This document shows, piece after piece, positions 21,995 to 32,252 of a stretch of DNA of 64,000 nucleotides (positions are counted from its first letter, which is position 1; each line of letters begins with the position of its first letter). The DNA is from a virus, in IMG/VR virus record IMGVR_UViG_3300023174_000064, positions 82,038-146,037 of that record; one strand, 5' to 3'. A program made the position numbers and the translations under genes. The notes under the pieces were generated by a model, which saw only the letters and a list, made by a program, of their open reading frames with translations, searched no databases and was not told the origin of the DNA.

Positions 21995-22891
21995 ATGGCA
22001 TTAAAAGATTTATTAACATCATCATTACCTAATTATTGTGTTACTTTATTGTCTGGAAGAAATATATGTTTCAGACCAATGATGGTCTCAGAAGAAAAAT
22101 CATTATTATTGGCAAAACAACACGAACAAAAACAAACAATAATAAAAAATTTAATAAATGTATTATCAAATTGTTGTTCTGAAGAAAATTTAAAAAAAAT
22201 AAAAGAAGTAACAATAGCAGAATTTGAAAATATATTCTTATTAGTAAGAGCCAAATCAATCGGTGAAACTGAATCGTTTTTAATAAAATGCCCAGAAACT
22301 AAAGAGCAAGTTCGTATTAGTGTTAATTTAGAAACTGATGTAAAATTAACACAAAACAAACCAAATAACATTATTAAAATAAATGACAATTTAGTTATTT
22401 TAATGAAAGAACCTTCTGTTTTTTCTTTATTTCAATACCCAGAATACGATAAAAACCCAGATCAAATGTTTGGGTTTATAGGATCTTGTATTAAAGAAAT
22501 ACAAACTCCCAAAGAAATTATAAATTGTGAAGATATATCAGAACAAGAATTAATTGATTTTATTAAAAATTTAACAAAAAAACAATTTAATGAAATATCA
22601 AATTATTTAAACAAAATATCAAAAACTTATATCTTAGCGGATTATACGACATCAGACGGTAAATCCAGACAAATAAAAATAAATGGCATCTTCAACTACT
22701 TTAATTTTTTTTTTGATCACCTAAATCTTAAATTGTTTTATAAACAAAATTTTTTATTAAAAAATTATCATAATTACAGTTTATACGAAATAGAAAATAT
22801 GATACCTTGGGAAAGAACAATTTATATTGAACAAATAAGAAGTTATTTAAAAGAAAAAGAACAAGCAAAAAAAGGATTTGAATTTCTATGA
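21995..22891 (+). CDS. Baseplate hub gp26 fused in frame to a gp51-like assembly catalyst
   Basis: FRPMMVSEEK and VRAKSIGE (gp26); YSLYEIENMIPWERTIY (gp51); T10 run at junction. Confidence 0.82.
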   Translation: MALKDLLTSSLPNYCVTLLSGRNICFRPMMVSEEKSLLLAKQHEQKQTIIKNLINVLSNCCSEENLKKIKEVTIAEFENIFLLVRAKSIGETESFLIKCPETKEQVRISVNLETDVKLTQNKPNNIIKINDNLVILMKEPSVFSLFQYPEYDKNPDQMFGFIGSCIKEIQTPKEIINCEDISEQELIDFIKNLTKKQFNEISNYLNKISKTYILADYTTSDGKSRQIKINGIFNYFNFFFDHLNLKLFYKQNFLLKNYHNYSLYEIENMIPWERTIYIEQIRSYLKEKEQAKKGFEFL

Positions 22892-23526
22892 TTGAAGAAG
22901 ATAAAGAAGAACCAGTAAATCAACCAGCTCCAGACACATTTTTTGATGCACTGGTAGATTCTGGTTTTTTCCCCGAATCATTAGAATTTGTAAAAGATAA
23001 AATAAATCCTGGAAATACTGAAGAAGAAACAGATAAAAGTCCAGATATAACAGAAACGCAACAAGAATCTAATATTGCTATAGAAGACATAAAGCCTATA
23101 GAACAATCAGAAGAAACAGAACAAGAACAGGCAATCTCTCTTTCTGATTTAAAAATCGAACAAACTTCTGATACAAACAATGAATCTAATATTGCAACAC
23201 AAGAATTAGAACAACAATCAGAAGAGCAAGAAAAAAGTGAATCAGAATTAAAGTCGGAACCCATATCTGAACCAGAGTCTTCTGAAAGTTCCGATAAAAT
23301 TAATGAAAGTTTAAAAGATCTAATACAAAAAAGCAAAGCAAATCAAGCACAGTCGTTTGCAAACGAAGAGCCTGAAGAACCAAACCAAGAATCAGAAGAT
23401 ATAAAAGGTATTGATATTACTAATGAATCAAGCACAACAAATGTAATGCCTTTAGAGCCTGATCATTTTAAAATAGTAAAAGACAAATATAAACAAATTC
23501 CTAATTGGAGAACATTAATTGGGTAA
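22888..23526 (+). CDS. Acidic low-complexity hypothetical protein
   Basis: ATGA overlap with upstream gene; very E/S rich. Confidence 0.7.
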   Translation: MIEEDKEEPVNQPAPDTFFDALVDSGFFPESLEFVKDKINPGNTEEETDKSPDITETQQESNIAIEDIKPIEQSEETEQEQAISLSDLKIEQTSDTNNESNIATQELEQQSEEQEKSESELKSEPISEPESSESSDKINESLKDLIQKSKANQAQSFANEEPEEPNQESEDIKGIDITNESSTTNVMPLEPDHFKIVKDKYKQIPNWRTLIG

Positions 23527-23530
23527 AAGA

Positions 23531-23555
23531 AAAGGCCCCTTTCGGGGCCTTTTTT
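23531..23555. terminator. Bidirectional intrinsic terminator between convergent genes
   Basis: AAAGGCCCC-TTTC-GGGGCCTTTTTT. Confidence 0.85.
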
Positions 23556-24426
23556 ATTCGTCTCCTAGAGACTTCAGGTAACTTTCAACATCTACATCTT
23601 CATCCACTTCCGTCTTTGGGGACGGCTTTCGTGAAGGCCGAGCAGGTGCTTCATTCTCAATAGTGTCCTCTTCGGTGGCTTCACCGCGAACATCGCCTCC
23701 TAGAGCGTCTACGAGCTTCACCTTGAGTTCTGCGTAACTCTTGAACTCCTTGGGATTCACAAACTCCTTGAGGGCGTATTGCTTCTTCCACAGAGCCTCA
23801 AGTTTGGCGTCATCACCGTCAAGCAGTTCTGAAGCCGCACTAAACTCAGACTTATCGTAGTTGACATAACCTTCAACCTTACGAATCTTTAGCTTGAAGT
23901 TGGCACCCTTCCAGAAGTCAAACGGATTTACTGCATTCTCGTCTTCAAACTCTGGGTTCATTTGCTCTTGAATCTTCTCAAAAATCTTCTTGCCGTACTT
24001 AAACAGGAACACCTTACCCTTGTTTTGAGGAGCAGCAGGATCTTCCACAACAAGAATATTAGACACGTAATTAAGCTTACGCTTACGATCACGAGCAATA
24101 CGCTTATCGCTTTCAGTACCACTATTCCATAGCTCACTGTTTGCTTCACAAACCGGGCACTTTTCGCCAAGGGTAGTGGGGCAGTTGTGAATAAACCAAC
24201 CACTCTTTCCCTTAAACGCGTGAGAGTACAGCTTAACCCATGGAATATCCTCGTTCTCCACTGCTGGAAGAAATCGAATTACAGCATATCCATTACTAGC
24301 AGAGTCCAGAGTTGGTCGCCAAAATCGATCATCCTTGTAGTCGTTGTTCTTGTTACTCTTCTCAAGTTCCTCTTGGAGCTTGCTGGCCATTGTCGTTGAA
24401 TTCTTCTTTAGATCTTTAAATCCCAT
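23554..24426 (-). CDS. gp32: Single-stranded DNA-binding protein gp32
   Basis: DDRFW, GYAVIRFLP, CPTTLGEKCPVC and NPFDFWKGANFKLK motifs; acidic tail. Confidence 0.97.
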   Translation of the reverse strand: MGFKDLKKNSTTMASKLQEELEKSNKNNDYKDDRFWRPTLDSASNGYAVIRFLPAVENEDIPWVKLYSHAFKGKSGWFIHNCPTTLGEKCPVCEANSELWNSGTESDKRIARDRKRKLNYVSNILVVEDPAAPQNKGKVFLFKYGKKIFEKIQEQMNPEFEDENAVNPFDFWKGANFKLKIRKVEGYVNYDKSEFSAASELLDGDDAKLEALWKKQYALKEFVNPKEFKSYAELKVKLVDALGGDVRGEATEEDTIENEAPARPSRKPSPKTEVDEDVDVESYLKSLGDE

Positions 24427-24477
24427 TATAAATCTCCTTTAATATAAAAGTATACACCGGATAAACTGTAAGTCAAA

Positions 24478-24708
24478 TCAAATTGGTAATTTTGATGATT
24501 TTGGAAGGTAATTTAATCGCTGTCCTTCTTGCTCTATTTTTTCAATAATAGGCTTTGAAAGTATTTTTGCAACACTTTCTGGAAGTACATCTTTACTTTC
24601 ACAAATAGTAACAACAGCATCCATATAAGACACTTTCCATTGTTCTACATATTTTTCTACTTGTCGGCAGAAATCGTTTTGTGATTCTTCATCAAAAAAT
24701 ATCACCAT
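24478..24708 (-). CDS. gp33: Late transcription coactivator gp33
   Basis: SYMDAVVTICE...KIEQEGQRLNYL..SKLPI; adjacent to gp32. Confidence 0.85.
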   Translation of the reverse strand: MVIFFDEESQNDFCRQVEKYVEQWKVSYMDAVVTICESKDVLPESVAKILSKPIIEKIEQEGQRLNYLPKSSKLPI

Positions 24709-24753
24709 AAGTACAAATATTTATAGGGCATTACTATTAAAATCCAAATATTA

Positions 24754-25287
24754 TTAAATCTTTATACGATCAATTATTGAATATAAAACACCCTTAATTG
24801 CATCCTTGGTGTGTTTCCATTTCTTTTCTTCTCCTTTTACTGGAGAAAATTTACTGAGAGGACATGTAGTACCTGCCAAAGTTAGTTTAACAGAAAGTGC
24901 TGCGCGTCTGCTTGCACCACAACCACATAGTGAACAAAATCCAATACCACCTGGATCTGTTTTGTCTTCTAAACTATCAACCCTACCTGGGCATCCCTTG
25001 CACAAGTCTAATCTCTTTTTTATTTCTTTTTGAGGAGCAGGTCCTTGAGTTGCATGTTTTACCTCAACCTTTAAATATTGTTTGGCTTTAATTAAAAATA
25101 ATCTAAAATCTTTAATTTTTTTATTCCAAAAAATATAAAATAAACTAGTTTTTAAAGGATCTGTGCCATTACTGCACTTTTTTAAATCCTGAATAACTTC
25201 AGAGGTCATTTTTGCTGTTTTTCTTTTTTGTAATTTTGCGTGATGTTCAATTACTTTTTGTTTACATTTTATAAAAAAATCATCCAT
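24754..25287 (-). CDS. Cys-rich hypothetical protein (RL..CKGC...CSLCGC...CPL)
   Basis: ORF directly downstream of the large Cys-rich gene. Confidence 0.7.
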   Translation of the reverse strand: MDDFFIKCKQKVIEHHAKLQKRKTAKMTSEVIQDLKKCSNGTDPLKTSLFYIFWNKKIKDFRLFLIKAKQYLKVEVKHATQGPAPQKEIKKRLDLCKGCPGRVDSLEDKTDPGGIGFCSLCGCGASRRAALSVKLTLAGTTCPLSKFSPVKGEEKKWKHTKDAIKGVLYSIIDRIKI

Positions 25288-25292
25288 AAAAA

Positions 25293-28200
25293 TTAATCTC
25301 CATTAAATCCAGTACAACCTGTTGTTCCGCTTGGCCAACTAATTTCACCACTAATACAACCGGATGCAGTACAACCAAGAGTGTATCCCCATGCTGTATA
25401 ATTCCATTCGTAATCATCCAAACAAGATGTCCAAGATCCTGTAACTCCAGACCATTGACCCTTTTGAGCAAGTTTCTTTGTGTTGGTTGATGGAACGGGA
25501 ACCCATGAAGGATAATGACCAAATGTTGCTCCAGTAACTCCTACATTTATTGGCCACGGTGGACACGGATCTTCTAGTGTTCCACTAACCCATAACTTTA
25601 GTCCCTTTGTGGTATCTGATGTAGAATTACTGTAACCTTTAGGCATCAACTTATTATAATATCTTCTGTTTTCATTGCAAGAAGAAGACCAAACAAATTC
25701 ACCAGAAAGTCCTCTAGACCAAGGGGTTGCTCTGATGTGAACACCAAAACTTCTTCCTGTTGCGTAACTTATTACAGGATTATTAAAACACCAACGATTA
25801 ATTGAATCACTTAATCCGGCATCACACATAAATCCGGTTTGTCCGGATAGCGACCAAGGACCATTTGGATCTTGAGCAGGATATCCTGGAAGTTTATCTT
25901 CTCCTCCCGCATCAACAGCAAATGCTGTACTGCTTTCACAAGACAAACTTATACCATCACACTTCCACAAAAATCGTACACCACGAGGATTACAAGCACA
26001 CGGATTATTTGTAATTTGTGGTGTGGTATAACAATCTATACCTCCAACAGTCGCAGTTTGAGAAAATGGTGGTTGATCTGGATCGCAACCTGTTCCTATT
26101 GCACTTATTGGGAAATAGTACTGCATGGAATTTGGCCAGTCGTTTCCATATACTGTTCTTGGAAAAAATGTTGCTGGTCTTTGGTCTTGTTTATAACAAT
26201 TATTCATAAACCAAGTAGGCATTCCTGGACCCAATCTACTACCACTATTCCACGGTAAATTTTCTAGTGGCATATCAGTACCACCACCGTTTCTGTAAGT
26301 AACATACACTCCAGTTTTATTGTATTTTCTGGCACATACAGCAAGATCCACGTAATTAGGAACAGCAAATCCCACATCAGTTTCTATATTCCAAGGTCCC
26401 CAAGGTCTTGTTGGGAACATGTGAGCACTCAAAGGTAGGGCAGGACCTATGCTACATTCTGTTGCAAACGGATCAGTGTAAAATGGATTGTTTACTCCAT
26501 TACTGTCACCGTTACCACTTGGAGGTTCTGTATTACTATCACTTGGAATGTAAATACCAGCGTATGTTGTATTTCCTACTTCAACCGAATGTTCTGATGC
26601 ATTTCCACCAACGTAACCACATTCTGCACACGGATCAGGTACGTAAATACTTCCGCCATTTCCGCCGTAATCGGTATCCCATGAATTCTGACCCTGATTG
26701 TTTGTAACTGGATTACCACTAGTTCTATTCAGACCTTTATCATCCATTAAATGATATTTTTCGCATTTAGAGTAAGCAGATGTAGTAATCAAATTTGCAG
26801 CTAATCCTTCACCCAATTCTTGGCCAGTAAGAACTCGTGTGGAAGAAACCCAAGCAACCGTGTTTGTACCAGCAACACATGTAAGAGACCGTGCCATATG
26901 AGACGGGTATCTAAAGATTCCAGGAACTCCTTTTACGCCCATTGCACCAGAAAAATTACCGTCAGACGGACAGAAAGACTCACATGGATGGTCTGCACCA
27001 AAGTTCATAGTACATCTGTTAGCAAGTTCTCCATCGTTTGCACATCTTGAAGGAATACCAGGAAGATTTCTAGAAGATGGTCTACTTCTACTTGGTGCTG
27101 CAACTTTTGTGCTCCAACCGTAAGAAGCATTGACTCTATTCCAACTAGGATATAATCCTCCCGTGAATCCAGCAGGTCTTACTTGCTGCCCTGCTGTCCA
27201 TAAATTAGTTGTTGTGATTGCCCAATTAGGATCATAACCGGATTCTCCATAGTCACAATTAAAACATCCAATTCCTTCTCCTCTTGGTGGTAAAGAAGGA
27301 GTACAACTATAAAAACTATTACTACTAAAATCCCAATTATCGTAGGCTGGACAGTCGTATTGTTGTTTTGAACAAGGAGTAATATAACCTCGATCAGTCA
27401 TATAAAATTTACAATCTATAGGATCGCTGGGAACACAACCAGGACATACTCCACCAACCGGTGGTTGATCGTTGCAACAAGTTAATGTATTATTGTAGTT
27501 GTAACCACGGTCTTTAGGTGTTACTGTTCCTTGGTATGGTACATAATTACTGTCAAACGAACAGTCTCTGCTGTACAGTCTGGTTGGTCCGTCTGGAGCG
27601 TAAGCAGTGTCTGCTGCATTTGATTTTCGTGTAGTAACAATCTGTCCGGATCTTCTCATGCCTACAGCAAAATCTTTATAGATGGTTAGACCAGCGCAGT
27701 CTTCACACCAAACTTTAGGATCAAACCAACTCTTATCAGTTGCTCCATCGATTGGATCTGATATATTTCCTGTATATAACCAATTTACAGGATATATTGG
27801 ATCCACATGAACTCCCAGATCAAAGTGCGGGAATCCGGGAGTTCCTTTTCTCCAGTACGCAAACCAGTCAGTGTTTGCATTATATGTTGGATTATCGTAT
27901 TTGTTACTGGGATATTGTGGTGAAATGGGATCCGGATAACCAATACTGCCAGGACCCATGCACGCAGATCCTTCTCCTGCTTGTCCGTTGTGGCGTTTGA
28001 TTGGAGAAATTTTAATGTCTGTCCAATTGTTTACCGCACACGCCACATCAGGATCACCCCAACAAAGAGCTGTGCCGTCATTAAACAGCACTGCACTGGT
28101 ACTAAATCCTGCATGTATACTGACAATTTTATTGATCTTGGGGTGGCGTCCTAGTGTTATTCCGGCTTTTAGTGATTCTGGAACATTGCATTGTCCCATG

Positions 28201-29321
28201 GAATTTAATCCCCAACACATAATAGTATTGTCTTCTAGACGAATTATGTTGTGATAAGCACCACACTCAATGTCTATAACTTTTAATTTTGTTGATCCTG
28301 CACCTTTTGTTGGTAGAGTTGGAACACACAAAGGATGGCCAACAGGAGCAGGAATTACTGCTGGTTTGTAATACTCGTAAACGGTTATACCAGTTAAAAA
28401 GGTTACACCATTTGGTCCAGTTACTGAGTACAGATAATTACTAAAAGTGACCGAATTTAAATCACCAAAAGTACCGTACTTTTTTGTTATCAGATATTTC
28501 CAACGTTCACTGGTTACTCCACCAATTCCAAAAGTATTACCAGTATTTAATTTATACGGCCTTTCTACTCTTGATCCTTCACCATCAAATTCAATGTATC
28601 CGTGAGGCCAATTGTATGTAAAATGATTTGCAGGATCACCTTCATTGCCTGGTCCGTCGTATGTGGTTATTCTGTTTCTTGTGTACCAACATCCTCTGCC
28701 TATCGGGCCGGTTTCCCCGGATGATATGTCATTGTTTATGCCGGTACAACCAGAACAACCAGTGCATCCAATTCCAGTGATGTACACACAAGTTCCAGTA
28801 CAACCAGTACATCCTTGATATAAACTTAATTCTAAACTTTCACTGGATCTGCATATACCAGTAAACACGTTAAACAAACTTTTAACGATAGGGTACTTGC
28901 TGGTTTCTGAACAATTATAATTTGTTAGTTGAGAACCCACTCCTTCTCTGGCAGGAGAAGTTACAGATTCTGCAGGAGAGTGAATCATTATATCAACATC
29001 TTGATCTGAATTAGTCCAATTTGTTCTGTTTGGACTTCCATTTGGATTGAATGTTGTGATGTAACGATTAGCTCCGTCAGAAAAATATGGAGACTCGTGC
29101 ACACGCATCCAATCGTAATCAAAAACACCCCAAGCACGAGTGTCTTGATTACCTATTTGGCCGTACGTTACACCTTTTGCGCCTTCTAATCCAGAACCAA
29201 TAAAACAATTAATTCTGCCGTCTAATGTCATCACTAAAAAGTGATACCATCCGGCTCGAACTAAAACCATATCTCCGGTTAAACCTATAGGTGAACAACA
29301 ACAAGGATTCCATCTAGACAT
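25293..29321 (-). CDS. Large Cys/Gly/Pro-rich protein with RCC1-like repeats, possible virion appendage
   Basis: MSRWNPCCC start; IECGAYHN..CWGLNSMGQC RCC1 repeats; GCTGCTG motifs. Confidence 0.6.
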   Translation of the reverse strand: MSRWNPCCCSPIGLTGDMVLVRAGWYHFLVMTLDGRINCFIGSGLEGAKGVTYGQIGNQDTRAWGVFDYDWMRVHESPYFSDGANRYITTFNPNGSPNRTNWTNSDQDVDIMIHSPAESVTSPAREGVGSQLTNYNCSETSKYPIVKSLFNVFTGICRSSESLELSLYQGCTGCTGTCVYITGIGCTGCSGCTGINNDISSGETGPIGRGCWYTRNRITTYDGPGNEGDPANHFTYNWPHGYIEFDGEGSRVERPYKLNTGNTFGIGGVTSERWKYLITKKYGTFGDLNSVTFSNYLYSVTGPNGVTFLTGITVYEYYKPAVIPAPVGHPLCVPTLPTKGAGSTKLKVIDIECGAYHNIIRLEDNTIMCWGLNSMGQCNVPESLKAGITLGRHPKINKIVSIHAGFSTSAVLFNDGTALCWGDPDVACAVNNWTDIKISPIKRHNGQAGEGSACMGPGSIGYPDPISPQYPSNKYDNPTYNANTDWFAYWRKGTPGFPHFDLGVHVDPIYPVNWLYTGNISDPIDGATDKSWFDPKVWCEDCAGLTIYKDFAVGMRRSGQIVTTRKSNAADTAYAPDGPTRLYSRDCSFDSNYVPYQGTVTPKDRGYNYNNTLTCCNDQPPVGGVCPGCVPSDPIDCKFYMTDRGYITPCSKQQYDCPAYDNWDFSSNSFYSCTPSLPPRGEGIGCFNCDYGESGYDPNWAITTTNLWTAGQQVRPAGFTGGLYPSWNRVNASYGWSTKVAAPSRSRPSSRNLPGIPSRCANDGELANRCTMNFGADHPCESFCPSDGNFSGAMGVKGVPGIFRYPSHMARSLTCVAGTNTVAWVSSTRVLTGQELGEGLAANLITTSAYSKCEKYHLMDDKGLNRTSGNPVTNNQGQNSWDTDYGGNGGSIYVPDPCAECGYVGGNASEHSVEVGNTTYAGIYIPSDSNTEPPSGNGDSNGVNNPFYTDPFATECSIGPALPLSAHMFPTRPWGPWNIETDVGFAVPNYVDLAVCARKYNKTGVYVTYRNGGGTDMPLENLPWNSGSRLGPGMPTWFMNNCYKQDQRPATFFPRTVYGNDWPNSMQYYFPISAIGTGCDPDQPPFSQTATVGGIDCYTTPQITNNPCACNPRGVRFLWKCDGISLSCESSTAFAVDAGGEDKLPGYPAQDPNGPWSLSGQTGFMCDAGLSDSINRWCFNNPVISYATGRSFGVHIRATPWSRGLSGEFVWSSSCNENRRYYNKLMPKGYSNSTSDTTKGLKLWVSGTLEDPCPPWPINVGVTGATFGHYPSWVPVPSTNTKKLAQKGQWSGVTGSWTSCLDDYEWNYTAWGYTLGCTASGCISGEISWPSGTTGCTGFNGD

Positions 29322-29348
29322 ACTGTAAAGCGACTTTCTGACCTGAAA

Positions 29349-29696
29349 TTATTTCAGGGTCAGTAGATATTTAGTTTGATTTACCAAACCAAGCATTTCG
29401 TCACGGATATTGGAAAGATCAGTGTTTCCGGACAGTTCTTTTTCTATTTCAACCGAAAAAAAGTGTACTGCTTGATCTAACAGTTTCATTGGGCTTCCTA
29501 GAGTGTACGGACGGAGATCTAATTTAATAGGTGGTAGATTCTTACCATGGCTTCCCATGTATGTTTCCACAAACGTGTCTATCAGTTCATCTAAACCTTC
29601 GTAAGCCTTGCCTAAAGCTTTATGTTCAGCATAAGAGCTTGTACCCCAGTGAAGCATACGAAGTTGGTTTTGAAGTCCTAATAGTTTATCTACCAT
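29349..29696 (-). CDS. Ferritin/Dps-like four-helix protein (DUF5856-like)
   Basis: HWGTSSYAEHKAL..YE..D.FVE...IRDEML...YLLTL. Confidence 0.75.
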   Translation of the reverse strand: MVDKLLGLQNQLRMLHWGTSSYAEHKALGKAYEGLDELIDTFVETYMGSHGKNLPPIKLDLRPYTLGSPMKLLDQAVHFFSVEIEKELSGNTDLSNIRDEMLGLVNQTKYLLTLK

Positions 29697-29796
29697 ATGT
29701 GTTCTCCTATAGTATATAATGCACCCGGGTGGGGATGCAAAGTATCTATAGAAATTCCATTTTCAATAAATACCCGTAGAAGGAAGGTGATTTCTA

Positions 29797-29904
29797 ATGC
29801 AAATAATCAATTGGCTAAAAGCTCAATTAAACACCGTTCTAGTTAAATTAAATCTAAAACCACAACCCAAGAAGTGTTCAAAGAAGCAGTGCTGCAAAAA
29901 GTAA
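29797..29904 (+). CDS. Small basic Cys-tailed peptide (35 aa)
   Basis: MQIINWLKAQLNTVLVKLNLKPQPKKCSKKQCCKK with purine-rich RBS and downstream hairpin. Confidence 0.45.
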   Translation: MQIINWLKAQLNTVLVKLNLKPQPKKCSKKQCCKK

Positions 29905-29927
29905 AGAGTATTCAATAATGGAATAAC

Positions 29928-29965
29928 GGGCTCCCACCTGTGACGGCGGGAGCCCTTATTCTTTT
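29928..29965 (+). terminator. Intrinsic terminator-like hairpin
   Basis: GGGCTCCC...GGGAGCCC followed by a T-rich tract. Confidence 0.65.
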
Positions 29966-30513
29966 TACACTATTACCTTTTTACAGTAGTCGTACATGGC
30001 AATGCCACTTGCCGTACCTACATTCAGGCTACGCACAGAACCGTACTGAGTGATGTATACGGTGTCCTGAGCCATCTGGAGCAGCTCTGGAGGCACTCCA
30101 ACCTGTTCTTGGCCCAGAATGATTACTGCGTGCTTATTGATGGGCCATTGGTAAGATTCCAAATTAATGGAATTTTCCACATTATCCATGGCAACCAGAT
30201 GTAGTGGTCCTACTTGTTCCGCCAGCGTGTCAAGTCCTTGCACCAACCGATCCAACGTTCCACAGTGTACAGAACGAACATAGTGGTGAGTACCAACAGT
30301 ACCACGACGATCATACTGCTTAGACCCATAGATAAAAACTCGTTTAGCCAAGAATGCGTTAGCGTTCCGGATGCAAGTAGCAATATTAAAGTCATTGTAT
30401 AGGTTGCTGCAAATAATAGAGAAGTTGTTTGCTCGTGAGTCAAGATCCGCAATAATTGCTTCATGATTCCAGTAATGGTAATGGTCAATGATGTTACGAG
30501 ATTCACTCGCCAT
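29965..30513 (-). CDS. SpoU/TrmH-family RNA 2'-O-methyltransferase
   Basis: N.A..IRNANAF, ILGQEQVGV, ITQYGSVRSLNV.TASGIAMY SPOUT motifs; start uncertain. Confidence 0.88.
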   Translation of the reverse strand: MASESRNIIDHYHYWNHEAIIADLDSRANNFSIICSNLYNDFNIATCIRNANAFLAKRVFIYGSKQYDRRGTVGTHHYVRSVHCGTLDRLVQGLDTLAEQVGPLHLVAMDNVENSINLESYQWPINKHAVIILGQEQVGVPPELLQMAQDTVYITQYGSVRSLNVGTASGIAMYDYCKKVIV

Positions 30514-30838
30514 CCCAGTTCTTGAAGAATTGATTGAAGTCAGGTCCGTCATTGTCTCGCTTTCGCTTCTTGTTTTTGTTTCCCAGATAAAAATTCTTGT
30601 AGTAATACTTAAAGTCGGTAAAACCTGGCCATCCAGCAGCATTTAATGCTTTAGTTTCTAACTTGATGCCATGCTTAACAAACCAAGCACCTAAATTGTA
30701 TCGTAACTGTTTTACTGAGCCAGGATAACATTCTTTGGATGGATTCCAATCACGAGCATCCATCTTTAAAAGAATACCAAATCCTAGATTAATGAGCTTC
30801 TTACCAAACCAAATTTTAAATGTATTAAATGTTTTCAT
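30503..30838 (-). CDS. Hypothetical protein
   Basis: ORF beginning MKTFNTF just downstream of tRNA-Gly. Confidence 0.55.
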   Translation of the reverse strand: MKTFNTFKIWFGKKLINLGFGILLKMDARDWNPSKECYPGSVKQLRYNLGAWFVKHGIKLETKALNAAGWPGFTDFKYYYKNFYLGNKNKKRKRDNDGPDFNQFFKNWDGE

Positions 30839-30840
30839 AA

Positions 30841-30911
30841 TGCGGGTAAAGGGAATCGAACCCTTGTCTACTGCTTGGAAGGCAGTCGTGCTACCATTAT
30901 ACCACACCCGC
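30841..30911 (-). tRNA. tRNA-Gly(TCC)
   Basis: Cloverleaf; anticodon arm ACTGC-CTTCCAA-GCAGT; GGTTCGATTCC. Confidence 0.93.
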
Positions 30912-31823
30912 GTATTCTGTCAAATACTTTTTGAGAGCAAGATCCTTTGCCTTGGTTTCCAGCATGACGTCGTACATGCGATTCGTATTAAATTCTGGAA
31001 GAGGACCTTCAATATAATCTGAATGTGCTTGTGGACGCTTACCGGGAGCAGATTCTGAATAATGAATCTTGGGAACCTGATCATCCGGCCAAGTGGAAAA
31101 CATCATGTCTACTGCTTCGTCTACCGTTTCGTTGGAACAAAAACGGTGATGGTGATAATCGTAAACTAGGCGAATTCCACACTTAGAGTAAATCATATCG
31201 TACAATTCCTTGGGTGACCACATAGATTGCTTGTCATCATTCTCCAAAGTTAGTTGCATTTTTAATGCAGGATTCAACCGCTTAAAATTTTCACAAAAAC
31301 GTTCTGCGGTAGTCTGCTTGTCTTCGTAAACACCGCCAACATGAATATTGATATTGAAATCGTGATCTTGACCAAGCAGGCTACCAATCAGTTGATGCAT
31401 TTCTAGTGATCGCACAGACTTCACCACGATCGCGCTATTAGGGCTTGCAAGGCACGTATACGGCCCAGGATGGCACGACAGGCGAATACCCGCCTGACGA
31501 GCAATAGAGCCTGCTTCAACCAACTCAGACACAATATCAGTATGGTGCTCTCGTGACAAGTCTCCCAGAGTATATCCTAGTTCAGAGTGATCCATAAATG
31601 GAAAAATTTCACTGCTGACACGGAACATTTGAATTCCGTTATCACGGTTCCATTCCATGATCTTAACCAGATCCTTGCTATTTTGAAGTGCCAGTTGACC
31701 TACACGATCCAAACTAAAACCAGACATACGCAGAGTACGACTGGCAGTAATCTGATCCTTCTTCTTAACGCCTTCGTTAAGAGTAAGATTCATACAAGCA
31801 TAACCAATTTTACGAACTGGCAT
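30897..31823 (-). CDS. uvsE: UV damage endonuclease
   Basis: IGYACMN, FRVSSEIFP, RLSCHPG, LTLENDD, DYHHH, HYSES and AHSDYI motifs. Confidence 0.93.
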   Translation of the reverse strand: MPVRKIGYACMNLTLNEGVKKKDQITASRTLRMSGFSLDRVGQLALQNSKDLVKIMEWNRDNGIQMFRVSSEIFPFMDHSELGYTLGDLSREHHTDIVSELVEAGSIARQAGIRLSCHPGPYTCLASPNSAIVVKSVRSLEMHQLIGSLLGQDHDFNINIHVGGVYEDKQTTAERFCENFKRLNPALKMQLTLENDDKQSMWSPKELYDMIYSKCGIRLVYDYHHHRFCSNETVDEAVDMMFSTWPDDQVPKIHYSESAPGKRPQAHSDYIEGPLPEFNTNRMYDVMLETKAKDLALKKYLTEYAGVV

Positions 31824-31971
31824 TTGTTTTATTCTCTAGTTCTTTGATACGAGTTTGGAGACGCTTAATTTCTTCGTGTGCCATCAGCATGATGTCTTGC
31901 ATTTCACGCCAACCAGAGTACACTTGAGTATACGCTAGTTTAAATAGTTTATTTAAATCATCATCTGTCAT
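31810..31971 (-). CDS. Small hypothetical protein (53 aa)
   Basis: MTDDDLNKLFKLAY...; fills the gap between tRNA-Glu and uvsE. Confidence 0.5.
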   Translation of the reverse strand: MTDDDLNKLFKLAYTQVYSGWREMQDIMLMAHEEIKRLQTRIKELENKTNASS

Positions 31972-31978
31972 AATGAAG

Positions 31979-32052
31979 TGACCCCAGCGGGACTCGAACC
32001 CGCAGTCATCGCCTTGAAAGGGCGAGGATTTGGCCAGTTAATCTATGGGGCC
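31979..32052 (-). tRNA. tRNA-Glu(TTC)
   Basis: Anticodon arm TCGCC-CTTTCAA-GGCGA; GGTTCGAGTCC. Confidence 0.92.
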
Positions 32053-32246
32053 TTTTTGTTCTTTGTTTTGTTTGGAATTGGATCAGTCTGCTTAGGAAAA
32101 CTTCCACGCATACTCTTACTAATAATCATATGGATGTTGTTTATGTCTTTTTGAGTGAACAACATGCCGCTGGCTGTCATGTACTTTAATACATTACGAG
32201 TAACCGTGTCCGCAAGAGTTTGTTGTTTTGATTTTCGCATAAACAT
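32043..32246 (-). CDS. Hypothetical protein
   Basis: ORF between tRNAs. Confidence 0.5.
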   Translation of the reverse strand: MFMRKSKQQTLADTVTRNVLKYMTASGMLFTQKDINNIHMIISKSMRGSFPKQTDPIPNKTKNKKAP

Positions 32247-32252
32247 ATTTAG

